Shown here: positions 57,001-64,000 of the stretch, in pieces
Layout of the letters: each line of letters opens with the position of its first letter
Numbering within the stretch: position 1 is the stretch's first letter
Made by a program: the position numbers and the translations under genes
IMG/VR virus record: IMGVR_UViG_3300013120_000738
Location: 62,001-126,000 of that record
DNA: 64,000 nucleotides
Reading direction: 5' to 3' (one strand)
The notes under the pieces: generated by a model
The model's database searches: none
Told to the model about the DNA's origin: nothing
The model's input: the letters and a program-made list of their open reading frames with translations, nothing else

Positions 57001-60000
57001 ACTGATGAGTACTATTGGGGCTGGAAATGTCAGAGTCACCGGAGACATAACTGATAGAGATGCTCTATATGAGGGACCATGGTATATTGAATTCATCAAC
57101 GTCTTAGGAAACCAAAACGTTGCAGAATTCACGATAGATCCAGCCACTGATTATTCAGTCGTAACGGATTGGACAGGCGGGCCAGGAGAAGGAAAAGACG
57201 AAACACAAACAGTCCACGTGAGTGCTTACGGTGGTACTTTTAAGCTCAATATTGCAAACCCTGATCACGAAGCTACTGATATAGAAATCGTAGAAGCTAG
57301 AAAAGGTAGTGCCGGAGGAGGAGCAACTGTAAATGAAGAACAATGGGTAATGGCAAGCATCGATAGCTCATGGACAGAATACTCCTTAACACCTAGTGGT
57401 ACAATTACTGGCGGAACATTCGACCTTACTATTGATGGTGTAACCAAAACAGCAATTCCCTATAATATTACAGCATATAATCTACACGAATTATTCTGGA
57501 GTAATTTCCCAAAATATGATTTCCATGTAGATGGTGGTGCGACTGGTGCAGATGCAGTATTATTAGCACATCAATACGGAGTTCACTTAAACTTCATTGG
57601 TAATGTCAGATACAATTCTCATACGATCACTGTTGATAGCACCAATTTAGTAGGTGGATCTTATAGTATCACAACCAATCTTGCAGGTGCAAGTTTGGGT
57701 ACTGATCCATGGGCTATAGCAGGAGCATTTAGATTACAATATGACCCAGGAGGTGGAGGTACTCCAGAAACCACAGGTGATATAGCAGTTGGTGCAACTG
57801 CTACAGAAGTGCGAACAGCACTAGAAGCATTACCAAGCATAGGTGCGGGAAATGTTGATGTTGCCTATAATAATGGTTCAGTAGCTGTTGAATTTATAGA
57901 TGCTCTTGCGGGAACTGATATAACAGGTACTCTCGAAATGAGCACTCTTCCCACCAATGCAATATCGTCCGTAGATCGTGTCGCACGAGCAGGATATGGT
58001 AGTGCGGCACAGAATGAAAGACAAAATATCTCATTCACTAGTCCACCTACCGGCGGGACATTCACATTATCATTCGATGGTGGGACAACTAGTGATATAG
58101 CTTATGATGCAAGTGCTATAGATGTCCAATCCGCATTGGAAGCACTTGGTTCAGCTATCGTATCAGTTGAGGAGACAATAAAAGGTGCCGAAACTGGTGC
58201 GTACGATATAACACGATGCAGCTATGACTCTATATCACACGCTTTTGCAGAAGATAATGCTGTACGTGGAATATTCTTTAAGCCAGATGGGCTCCAGATG
58301 TATGTTACTGGTGCTCAGAATGACAAGATTTACCAATATTACCTAATTGATTTCGCACCTCCAGGTGCTGGTATGCCAGATTGGCCGATGCCATGGAATG
58401 TATCATTTGCCGAGTTTGTGGGAGAATTTGATATTTCCTCGCTTGAAACTACTCCTACTGGTTTATTCTTTAGCCCTGATGGTAGAAAGGCCTATATATT
58501 AGGCCCCGATAGTAATACTGTCTGGCAGTTACCACTATCAAGTCCATGGGCTATTTCATCAGCTAGTGTTCCTCCCTCTGCGTCGCTTAATGTGTCTGGG
58601 GAAGATGCTACGATGACAGGTATCTTCTTTAAGCCTGATGGCAGTAAGATGTATCTTGTTGGTGGAACCGATGATAAGGTATACCAGTATTCATTATTAC
58701 CATGGGATATATCGACAGCGACATATGAAGCCAAGTCCTTTAGCGTTGTCCTTCAAGAACCATTCCCATATGATGTATGGTTCAATGCTGATGGTGACAA
58801 GATGTTAATCATCGGTAGTGCTTTCAATGTGATCAACCAATACGCACTGTCAACACCATGGGACGTATCAACAGCAAGTTTCGGTTCCAAACAATGTGAC
58901 GTCTCATCACTAGAGCCAGATCCCACAGGCATGGCCATAAGCCCCAGCAGCCATAAATTATATGTTGTTGGTTCTAATAGTACTGTCTACCAATTCTCAT
59001 TCATGATGCCAGCAGATGAAGTACAAACAATATCTGCAGTTGGAACACCAACATCTGGTACATTCTCACTAACATTTAATAGTGAAACAACCACTTCCAT
59101 CCAATATGATGCTGCAGCTGCAGACGTTCAAAGTGCATTAGAAGCCTTACCAAGTTTCAATGCTGGTGATGTAGTTTGTGGTGGTGGCCCACTTCCAGGT
59201 GATAATATCACTGTAACATTCCAGGCAGCATACGCTGGTACAGATGTTGACTTACTGATCGTTGGTGGCAATTTCACAGTAACCAAAGTCGGTGATGTTT
59301 GGACAGTGGAATTTAGTGGCACATATGGTAACCAAGATGTCGATCTAATGACCGCCGATACCTCCGGTATTACTGGTAGTGCAGCTACGGTATCTGTAGG
59401 TCCAGTAGATTTCGATATTGGACCAGAGCTCCTAAGGACTGAAATAATCAATGCAGCACCGTTTATAACAGGAGCTGATATCGCAGTCACACGAACGATC
59501 TACGATCCAGTAACAGGCAATTTTGAGTGGCAGATAATATTCGCTGGGCAACATACTCAGAAGGACATCGAACAAATAACACTAGACGATAGTGGTCTTA
59601 GTGGTGTAAGCATCGAAGTTATCGAAGAGGTTAAAGGTATCGGTGCCACAGAAGTACAAAATTTGTACATCAAATTGGCTACTGGTGGGACATTCAAATT
59701 AACCGTGACTGCGGCCGGAGTAACCGCCACCACCAGTTCTATTATATGGAACACCACAGCGGAAGGACTAGAAGCACAATTAAACGCGTTGCCTATGTTC
59801 GTCGATGTTGCTAATGCAGTGACAGTCACAGATCTCGGGGCTAGTGATGATCCAGATATAATAGCACAATTTAAAGTAGAGTTTTTACAAGCCTTCGGCG
59901 ATATCCCCGCTATGTTCTCGCCTGACGCTGCTGAAGCATTACTATGTAATCCTCTGGTATTACCACCAGTAGATGAAGGTCCTTACCCATACCCATTACC

Positions 60001-60448
60001 AGAATGTAGTGATGATGACTTATCGTGCCAATCAGGACCATTACTATGCCGTCCGGGTGAAGGTGATCTACCAGTAGAAATTGAACCATGCTGCACAGCA
60101 GAGACAGTAACGACGGCTGCAAACACAGCAACTAGGATAAAATTAGAACGCGATCTATATGATCCTAATAGGACAGCATGCTGCGGAGGTACATTAACAG
60201 CCAGAGAACTCGCAGTCCTTAAGGGTCTTAAAACATCGGAGTATACACCATATCTCCGAGATCTCAATGCTAATACACTATCACCAATAACATATGATCA
60301 AGAGGTGACAATAGGCCAGAGTATAGTTCTTATCGAGAGTAATATAGATTCTGTCGGTAGAAGAACAGATATACTACAACAAATCACACGTAAAGAAATT
60401 CTGCCAAGCAGAATGGTTTGGCCCGAATACGCATTTATAACAGAATAA
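51062..60448 (+). CDS. Giant multidomain virion (tail fibre/spike-like) protein: vWA + beta-propellers + trypsin-like protease + carbohydrate-binding-like and tail repeats
   Basis: VVLDDTGSMG/GGGD.PE/LTD (vWA MIDAS); LTAAH, NDIAII, GDSGGP (S1 triad); NGKF/NPNF..G...W modules; repeated E.Q....GG.F.L; G.FFKPDG..MY...VYQY.L..PWD.STA propeller. Confidence 0.88.
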   Translation: MSTDAFDDVKRPIKGQMREISQATHVEVISAQQEIITPAFGLPSPNVEVAMRGLAYGKTQRVTSPQEVGSITPIPPPSGSLSSSVVTASAYGLTGDGATAFKKTAAGLRYAKESSKLRTALTNTAFGVVKQDIFYSGSPDPCSEDPADNCKVDLAVVLDDTGSMGGTINGVKSGIQGVADLVELAVGQNYRFSLTTFKDSVTTRLPFSNLCGSASLTAFKSAVNGVGASGGGDGPEWSAAAVKHAAEGRAGSWREGNIVRVLIVLTDNINNYGVGSSVDSGVSVNAAASACAAMNIRVIFAGTPMWGTMLNEADTYISMTGGVMIQTARDGLGVDTLLTSYIFALCGAGEPLSPECEGGIDKIVNGKFDTGIEGWIDKTTLSGRSIAWYDTDERKALELDGAAGQTATGMEGGDLVVLGLDVLTEVVPPTSSAATDLRSQAALELPEGYSIIEHALWDTGALLPGPNNTGATLGWVGLGAHVVDHPPLEKRLQLTGYNDGFSTSTFDDKYVAATADGDINIYDTDGTYESTLLATSDHIINVEIDMVRGHVFYLINGQEIYRMNYDGTGSPILIASHVPIGGQIYAFDIDPINNVLVHSSVRGTTYEILINNLDNHVNPGTPTGYRVARTTTDEVTHIKIDTNSGHIYWIEEGVGTASLKRASYDGDVQNIVTDLWGGSGTGSERVSGIDIGFDPANPIETTIYLSLINVSTASIAKVRIETLADNTISSVTYTETFIDCGGAPPQDVLFDPIAGRIVAPQGPIEDAGQVAQYLLGGRSTSPTYFQPSPTKTPRSVKRIITNGAAIAQTFAVATDDLFAFSANIDTVTDGSVIIQLVDGDTVLNEAYYNPGATSFAAVPDIPAVVINGETENTFTRFRPQVLGGTVLDRSEYPVVVKCGHGGVPYFGSGVLITDRHVLTAAHVTYRASGTALADNEQIVQVYTGGSPPEVNMLSRKIYRHPDWNPAALSDPSLLGLDTTNDIAIIELAGGIQGLSHGDAGPPGSPVMGHPLISSDLWGGRDADPVVGDDIDVYGYGPGEVPFDPDDYGILRRGTTEVEEVTSTLIKWQYMPGEETTLPGDSGGPLMVNKSGLIHVVGVVSGGPASPGFGGGIHFNTKVSAYAEWIYGIINGPQITATVPESGQVTAVVRLVSNNGVLGEADIEAALTTYQTGVPSGLGRLRYQLRNSSEAVLAGDSVTIEDLQPAGESTRFNISAEVPSDGEVEVFFTAEDGGAAKFIVDNVLLCLSKIDDCGPGQRNAVLNPNFERGVENWTDGTGVPLPTTDRLYWDQDIQAIVTSLAGAPEIRTAITDLRPDTNMVLDFEIAVMSPATIPTLTLAFGARNISGDILASDTITLGDIEPLPARVQVTFSAPADGQAIIFMKSGGLSGLEYSGTTKIRNVLVCNQAGRCESGYDRISYDDFELSKGTWSGGTLNAIDGSVTLGAASGATPGETLSQSFTDITPGTEFQLTFNSITNANGVGRYLVSFIHGSVTDQFTTDGAAGIKTYEIVAQADIITVRIRNLAEYDADLDDILICEKAPPPCDGSIEGLRGHVEFKGIPRRPINVFNAIARYTIRDPDDPFDVSEVTHAAETEGHLGAATCDLWKQQGDGGFARTDVLGSNLTLINDIDDGDLVTITSRPNWLWSIPQTGDLGQDSLIIEFPDPPSGLIESVDIYLLMNRIEPSGSDTAPVYPPPLDCLPDPAIQLNTLISFTNSLGLNKEFSVTKDLADLLEEETDYTPGFGRPPWDTDTPLGLGFSGTTARWEKFSFPLDLPDGKGLDQCTTPIFFSAIGTGQINFGEFYISTTGGIFVDPCEAVIEVEEIGSGSATNEIQSIRVPASTGGSFDISLTYSGTTDTVTVPYGSTAAELAAKLAELSNIGNIANVSVGGTGSDIDPYLVEFTGSLAGVDMPYLIPDGTNLEGAASAYVVTDFDGTPNERKTVAKKITTTNDFFITFEGVTSVPFAHSEPIGIFEAKLELMSTIGAGNVRVTGDITDRDALYEGPWYIEFINVLGNQNVAEFTIDPATDYSVVTDWTGGPGEGKDETQTVHVSAYGGTFKLNIANPDHEATDIEIVEARKGSAGGGATVNEEQWVMASIDSSWTEYSLTPSGTITGGTFDLTIDGVTKTAIPYNITAYNLHELFWSNFPKYDFHVDGGATGADAVLLAHQYGVHLNFIGNVRYNSHTITVDSTNLVGGSYSITTNLAGASLGTDPWAIAGAFRLQYDPGGGGTPETTGDIAVGATATEVRTALEALPSIGAGNVDVAYNNGSVAVEFIDALAGTDITGTLEMSTLPTNAISSVDRVARAGYGSAAQNERQNISFTSPPTGGTFTLSFDGGTTSDIAYDASAIDVQSALEALGSAIVSVEETIKGAETGAYDITRCSYDSISHAFAEDNAVRGIFFKPDGLQMYVTGAQNDKIYQYYLIDFAPPGAGMPDWPMPWNVSFAEFVGEFDISSLETTPTGLFFSPDGRKAYILGPDSNTVWQLPLSSPWAISSASVPPSASLNVSGEDATMTGIFFKPDGSKMYLVGGTDDKVYQYSLLPWDISTATYEAKSFSVVLQEPFPYDVWFNADGDKMLIIGSAFNVINQYALSTPWDVSTASFGSKQCDVSSLEPDPTGMAISPSSHKLYVVGSNSTVYQFSFMMPADEVQTISAVGTPTSGTFSLTFNSETTTSIQYDAAAADVQSALEALPSFNAGDVVCGGGPLPGDNITVTFQAAYAGTDVDLLIVGGNFTVTKVGDVWTVEFSGTYGNQDVDLMTADTSGITGSAATVSVGPVDFDIGPELLRTEIINAAPFITGADIAVTRTIYDPVTGNFEWQIIFAGQHTQKDIEQITLDDSGLSGVSIEVIEEVKGIGATEVQNLYIKLATGGTFKLTVTAAGVTATTSSIIWNTTAEGLEAQLNALPMFVDVANAVTVTDLGASDDPDIIAQFKVEFLQAFGDIPAMFSPDAAEALLCNPLVLPPVDEGPYPYPLPECSDDDLSCQSGPLLCRPGEGDLPVEIEPCCTAETVTTAANTATRIKLERDLYDPNRTACCGGTLTARELAVLKGLKTSEYTPYLRDLNANTLSPITYDQEVTIGQSIVLIESNIDSVGRRTDILQQITRKEILPSRMVWPEYAFITE

Positions 60449-60474
60449 GCAAATTTACAACGGAGGGTAATAAA

Positions 60475-60726
60475 ATGTCGTTTGAAGATATCCGAATCCA
60501 CCGTGATATTCCGATTATTGATGGTCATATGGCAATACCACCAAATAATCCAAGGAATAATCAGAGTACCGACCCAAATACTTTTGTCAATGGAACGAGC
60601 CACGAAATAGTAAGGCTTACCGTAGGATCAGGAGCCCAAACAGGGGCAGATTTCGGTAACCAGGAATTTGTTAGGCTTGAGGGGATACGGCCTGATCAGT
60701 GGTATGACAGTGATCCACTAGCTTAG
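60475..60726 (+). CDS. Small hypothetical protein
   Basis: GGAGG SD before ATG 60475 (MSFEDIR). Confidence 0.7.
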   Translation: MSFEDIRIHRDIPIIDGHMAIPPNNPRNNQSTDPNTFVNGTSHEIVRLTVGSGAQTGADFGNQEFVRLEGIRPDQWYDSDPLA

Positions 60727-61150
60727 GAAACGCTATATCTGGTACATCAAGATCTAGATAAAAGCATAATGGTTCCCATTCATCGCTAGATAAATCAAGA
60801 ACTAATAATTTATCGCATTTCGCTCTAGCTTCACTTATTCTGGCTGAATAGATATTTTGCCATTCATACTCCGGATGTTGCCAGAATCCACCAAGACTCC
60901 TCTTCTTTAATTTGCTACATGCTTCATACCATATTTCTATATCCCTAATTGTCAGAATATACTGTGCATTAGGATACTTATCTTCTATCTCTTCTATTGG
61001 ACAATTGATACCAACAGCTGCATTATAGTCACGCAACTCATCAAGATTGCGGGATACTCGTAGCCCCAACAGCTCGAGCGCTTTACCCAGTTCCCGATTG
61101 CCGGTACAAGGCAACCCGACACCAATGACTTTCGAATCGTGCATTAACAT
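60671..61150 (-). CDS. Sulfotransferase-family P-loop-like protein
   Basis: KVIGVGLP.TG..L..AL..LG, YP.A..ILT.RD...W, LLV......WEPLC..L....P...FP. Confidence 0.75.
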   Translation of the reverse strand: MLMHDSKVIGVGLPCTGNRELGKALELLGLRVSRNLDELRDYNAAVGINCPIEEIEDKYPNAQYILTIRDIEIWYEACSKLKKRSLGGFWQHPEYEWQNIYSARISEARAKCDKLLVLDLSSDEWEPLCFYLDLDVPDIAFPKLVDHCHTTDQAVSPQA

Positions 61151-61165
61151 TTTGATATATAAACT

Positions 61166-61788
61166 ATGCTTTCTCCACTTATGTTATATATTAACTGTGA
61201 AGTCATATACGAAGGCAGAGCATGTTCTACACTGCCACGCGGTAATTACCTAATTCTAATCAAAGAAGATAATAGTGTCAGTATACACGCAAGTACTAAA
61301 ATAGCACCCCGTAATTGCCAACAAGCAGGATCTGAAATTATTAGGAATGGCAATAAATTAATATTTAGAAATAGAGGAGAAACTATAACAATTATAATTA
61401 ACAAAATACACTTTACAGAACGACCAAAGGACTGGAGTAAAGAAGAAATTACTATAACTAAAACAGAAAAAGAACTAGTCGATAAATTATTCTATAATTG
61501 GTGTGACTACTTCGATGGCGATTTTGAATTCATTTATACAGAATATGGTACAGAATTAGGTTCTATAGATCTACTTGGGATACGATCAGACCTAGTTTAC
61601 TATGTGGTAGAAGTGAAAAGACGTAGATGTACTATCAATAGTGTATCTCAAGTTAAGAGATATGTTGATGCACAAAAGAGCAAGGAAAAGATGTGAGAGG
61701 TTTTCTCGCCTCACCTAGTATAGGTAAAAACGCTATAAAGTATCTAGAGGAATTAGGCTTTGAATGGGTTCAAGTTGATTTTACTTGA
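61166..61788 (+). pseudogene. nucS: NucS/EndoMS mismatch endonuclease with frameshift near 61672
   Basis: C.V.YEGRA.S.L..G..LI.IK.D.SV.IH, EY.T..G.IDLL, VEVKR, Q..RY; the shifted frame continues KEQGKDVRGFLASPSI..NA..YL...GFE.V.VDFT* to 61788. Confidence 0.88.
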
Positions 61789-63211
61789 AGCGTGACGGCC
61801 GAGGTCTAACTGTACCACGTGTTCCAGGCCTTGGAGGTAGGATAGGAGGTCTCCCTCCTAGTCTTCTTTTATCTTCACCAGGATCTGGTTGATCCACCTT
61901 CTTATGTTGAAGTACTTCTTCTTCGGGAGTTTTAGGTTCTGTTGGTTCTTCTTGTTCTAGGTCTACATCAAATGGTGTGCCTTCTACAGCTCCTTGCATT
62001 AATTTATATGCGGTTTGTAGTCTTTTAGCTAGTTCGTTGAATGGTCCTATTTCATGCTTTCGTAGAACTTCTGATGGTTTTACATCTCCAAATCTCTTTT
62101 GGGCTGCTTGCCATGCTTTAACATCTCTAGCTATACTCTCTGGTGTCATACCAGCTTCTTTGAGCTTTTGACCGAATTGTTCACGGACCCTATCTGAGAG
62201 CACAGTAATTGCTAATTTAGCTATTCTTTCATTCTTAGCTGATTCAGTGTATTTTCCAAGTTTTTGTGCAGCGTATTTTGGATTGCTGACAAGTGTTCTA
62301 AGATTTCTACCAAGTCCTTTTAGGCGATCTCCTGCACCAGATAAACGACTTCTCGCACCACCCCACAAATTCCTAAGTTTATCTCTCAATCCTGCTTCGT
62401 TGATTATGATAGGTGTTCCTACCCTAGTAAACATAGATTCAACTATCAGTGGCAACTTTGTCTGAATAGTTGGATGGTCTAATAATATATCAGCTATAAA
62501 TGCTGCAGCCTCTTCTGCGTATTCCGGATCACCTGTTGATCGCTTGCGTGGTGTTGGAGGATTTCTTAATCTATCTAAGACATCCCCAAGATCTGTTTCA
62601 CCACGGACTCGGTCTCTTACATCTCTAGCTCTGCCACTCTCGCGACCTTCACGACCTCTTTCCAGTTCTCCTCTCAGTTCTCCGGTGAGGTTATCAAGAA
62701 AGCTACTTACTAAGCCAGGTTTCTTTTCTTGTTGTTCGCCCTCGTCACCTAGATCTCCACTTACAGCATCTGGTTTTGTTACTTGCCCTCTAATATTATC
62801 GAGCAATTCTTGCCGCTGTTCTGCGCCTATCGCAAATGTGTCGAATAATTCGTTCCACCATTTGGTATTATCAAATAGATTTACATCACTACTCTTTGCA
62901 GCATCAAGTAGTTGTTCTACCTTCTCTGTCCCACCTCGTCCAGGAGCTACGAATTGCAATAATGAATCAAGATTACTACTCATCCCTGGTGTGAGCGATG
63001 CATTCAGTCTAGCAAGACCAGCTTTGAATAAGGAAAGGATAGCACTTTTATCGGCTTCGGATAGAACATGATCTACTGATTCGATAAATAAATTAGGAAG
63101 CGAATGCTGTACACCAGCAGATTCATTAATAGTTATATCGCGTCCAGCTAAGTAACGTAGTTGATTACTTAGAAGACAACAATTGGTATCGGTTATCGTA
63201 GATAATCTCAT
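61781..63211 (-). CDS. Hypothetical protein (helical, possible internal virion protein)
   Basis: 476-aa ORF; MRLSTI start, INEAG motifs, Pro-rich tail. Confidence 0.75.
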   Translation of the reverse strand: MRLSTITDTNCCLLSNQLRYLAGRDITINESAGVQHSLPNLFIESVDHVLSEADKSAILSLFKAGLARLNASLTPGMSSNLDSLLQFVAPGRGGTEKVEQLLDAAKSSDVNLFDNTKWWNELFDTFAIGAEQRQELLDNIRGQVTKPDAVSGDLGDEGEQQEKKPGLVSSFLDNLTGELRGELERGREGRESGRARDVRDRVRGETDLGDVLDRLRNPPTPRKRSTGDPEYAEEAAAFIADILLDHPTIQTKLPLIVESMFTRVGTPIIINEAGLRDKLRNLWGGARSRLSGAGDRLKGLGRNLRTLVSNPKYAAQKLGKYTESAKNERIAKLAITVLSDRVREQFGQKLKEAGMTPESIARDVKAWQAAQKRFGDVKPSEVLRKHEIGPFNELAKRLQTAYKLMQGAVEGTPFDVDLEQEEPTEPKTPEEEVLQHKKVDQPDPGEDKRRLGGRPPILPPRPGTRGTVRPRPSRFK

Positions 63212-63233
63212 ATTCTATTTTTGAGGTAAAACA

Positions 63234-63623
63234 ATGAAGATGCCAATAATTGTAGTGTCATATGGGAATTTCGCCGACACCAAAAAACTATTCTCATATG
63301 AAGAATTTGGTGTGACAAACATGCCTGTGTTCACCAGACCAGTAATAGCTGCTCTCTTTGTAAGTTCTGCAAAAGTGGCGATGGGAGAAATCTTACAAGA
63401 TAAACCAAGATTGATGACACAATTGTGTTCGGAGGCTTCGTTTGCTATTGATATGTTTGAGACAATTGGTTCATTTCATCCTGAAATGAGGATTCAGCTA
63501 AATCCTAGACCACTAACTGAAGAAGCCTTACTAAAATTTCATAGTAGTGGTGAAGACGAAGATCCGGTCGCATATACTATAGAAGAAGCAATAGAAGCTG
63601 TTCAAGAATCAAATGGTCTATAA
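63234..63623 (+). CDS. Hypothetical protein
   Basis: GAGG SD; 129 aa. Confidence 0.7.
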   Translation: MKMPIIVVSYGNFADTKKLFSYEEFGVTNMPVFTRPVIAALFVSSAKVAMGEILQDKPRLMTQLCSEASFAIDMFETIGSFHPEMRIQLNPRPLTEEALLKFHSSGEDEDPVAYTIEEAIEAVQESNGL

Positions 63624-63644
63624 TCTTCGCTACACTCGTAATAT

Positions 63645-64000
63645 TCAGGAGTCACCTTTGTATTTATACCGATAGGTTGATCTTCCTCCACTTCTATCGG
63701 TATCTCCTCCTCTACTACTTCCAAGTGCTTCTTTTGTTTCTCTAATTGCTCTTTTGTATCTTTTGTGGCTCCAGGCATAGTATTCTATCTCTTTACTGTG
63801 GTTGGTAAATGAGAAATATAGATATTGATCATCGCTGGCAAGTGATGGATAAGATCCATAGGTTTCACCAATGATCTTAATTCTAGTAGGTCTTGGTGTT
63901 GTAGATTGCCATCTTATGCTTCCAATAGTTAATTTTGTTCTTCTAGGAGATCTAGAATCGTTCCAAACAGCTATCTCTTCTCCTTGCCAGTTAATAACGT
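63645..64000 (-). CDS. 3' end of a BNR/sialidase-like beta-propeller protein (runs off the window)
   Basis: Manual translation AVWNDS...R.KLT....W.......I.....SYPSL....YLYFSFT....IEY. Confidence 0.45.
   Translation of the reverse strand, partial: VINWQGEEIAVWNDSRSPRRTKLTIGSIRWQSTTPRPTRIKIIGETYGSYPSLASDDQYLYFSFTNHSKEIEYYAWSHKRYKRAIRETKEALGSSRGGDTDRSGGRSTYRYKYKGDS

Noticed and set aside
52044-60267. Numerous minus-strand ORFs within the giant gene, and similar antisense ORFs elsewhere in the track
   Set aside because: Shadow frames of well-supported genes; Ser/Pro-rich and without motifs.
1-64000. Alternative genetic code (stop-codon reassignment)
   Set aside because: Conserved genes are full-length in the standard code and end in TAA, TAG and TGA; the single in-frame TGA is in an otherwise broken gene.
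1-64000. Bacterial or archaeal chromosome origin of the window
   Set aside because: No ribosomal or core housekeeping operons; high ORFan density, gp46/47-like and gp55-like genes, homing endonucleases and a tail-like protein point to a large phage, although no capsid or terminase gene is in the window.

Overview
Gene-dense, AT-rich, mixed-strand segment of a large (jumbo/huge) dsDNA phage genome using the standard genetic code. No ribosomal or core cellular operons are present. A Gram-negative, possibly Planctomycetota-like, host is weakly suggested. The window carries a phage replication/repair set: RecA, a DnaE-type DNA polymerase III alpha split into two separate genes, family-4 UDG, Mre11/Rad50-like SbcD/SbcC, a DinG/XPD helicase and NucS. 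It also has two divergently transcribed sigma-like factors, an actin-fold ATPase, a large glycosylation toolkit (KdsB, about six glycosyltransferases, two Maf/DUF115-like domains) and a 3128-aa vWA/trypsin/beta-propeller tail-like protein. The strongest signal is a PurZ-type enzyme (47413-48579) with the PurZ rather than PurA diagnostic residues, found with a split family-C polymerase instead of the DpoZ or PrimPol enzymes of described Z-genome phages. An NDT-family N-glycosidase and a DeoC-like gene lie near purZ, and a QueC-like gene is coupled to the polymerase. Together these suggest a candidate new type of 2-aminoadenine (Z) DNA system. Other unexplained structure: a roughly 770-nt GC-rich, highly base-paired non-coding island next to an HNH gene; an ADP-ribosyltransferase-like gene bracketed by exact 36-bp direct repeats; two recurrent non-sigma70 upstream motifs; and several frameshifted genes. 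All family calls come from motif recognition by eye, and no database searches were run.
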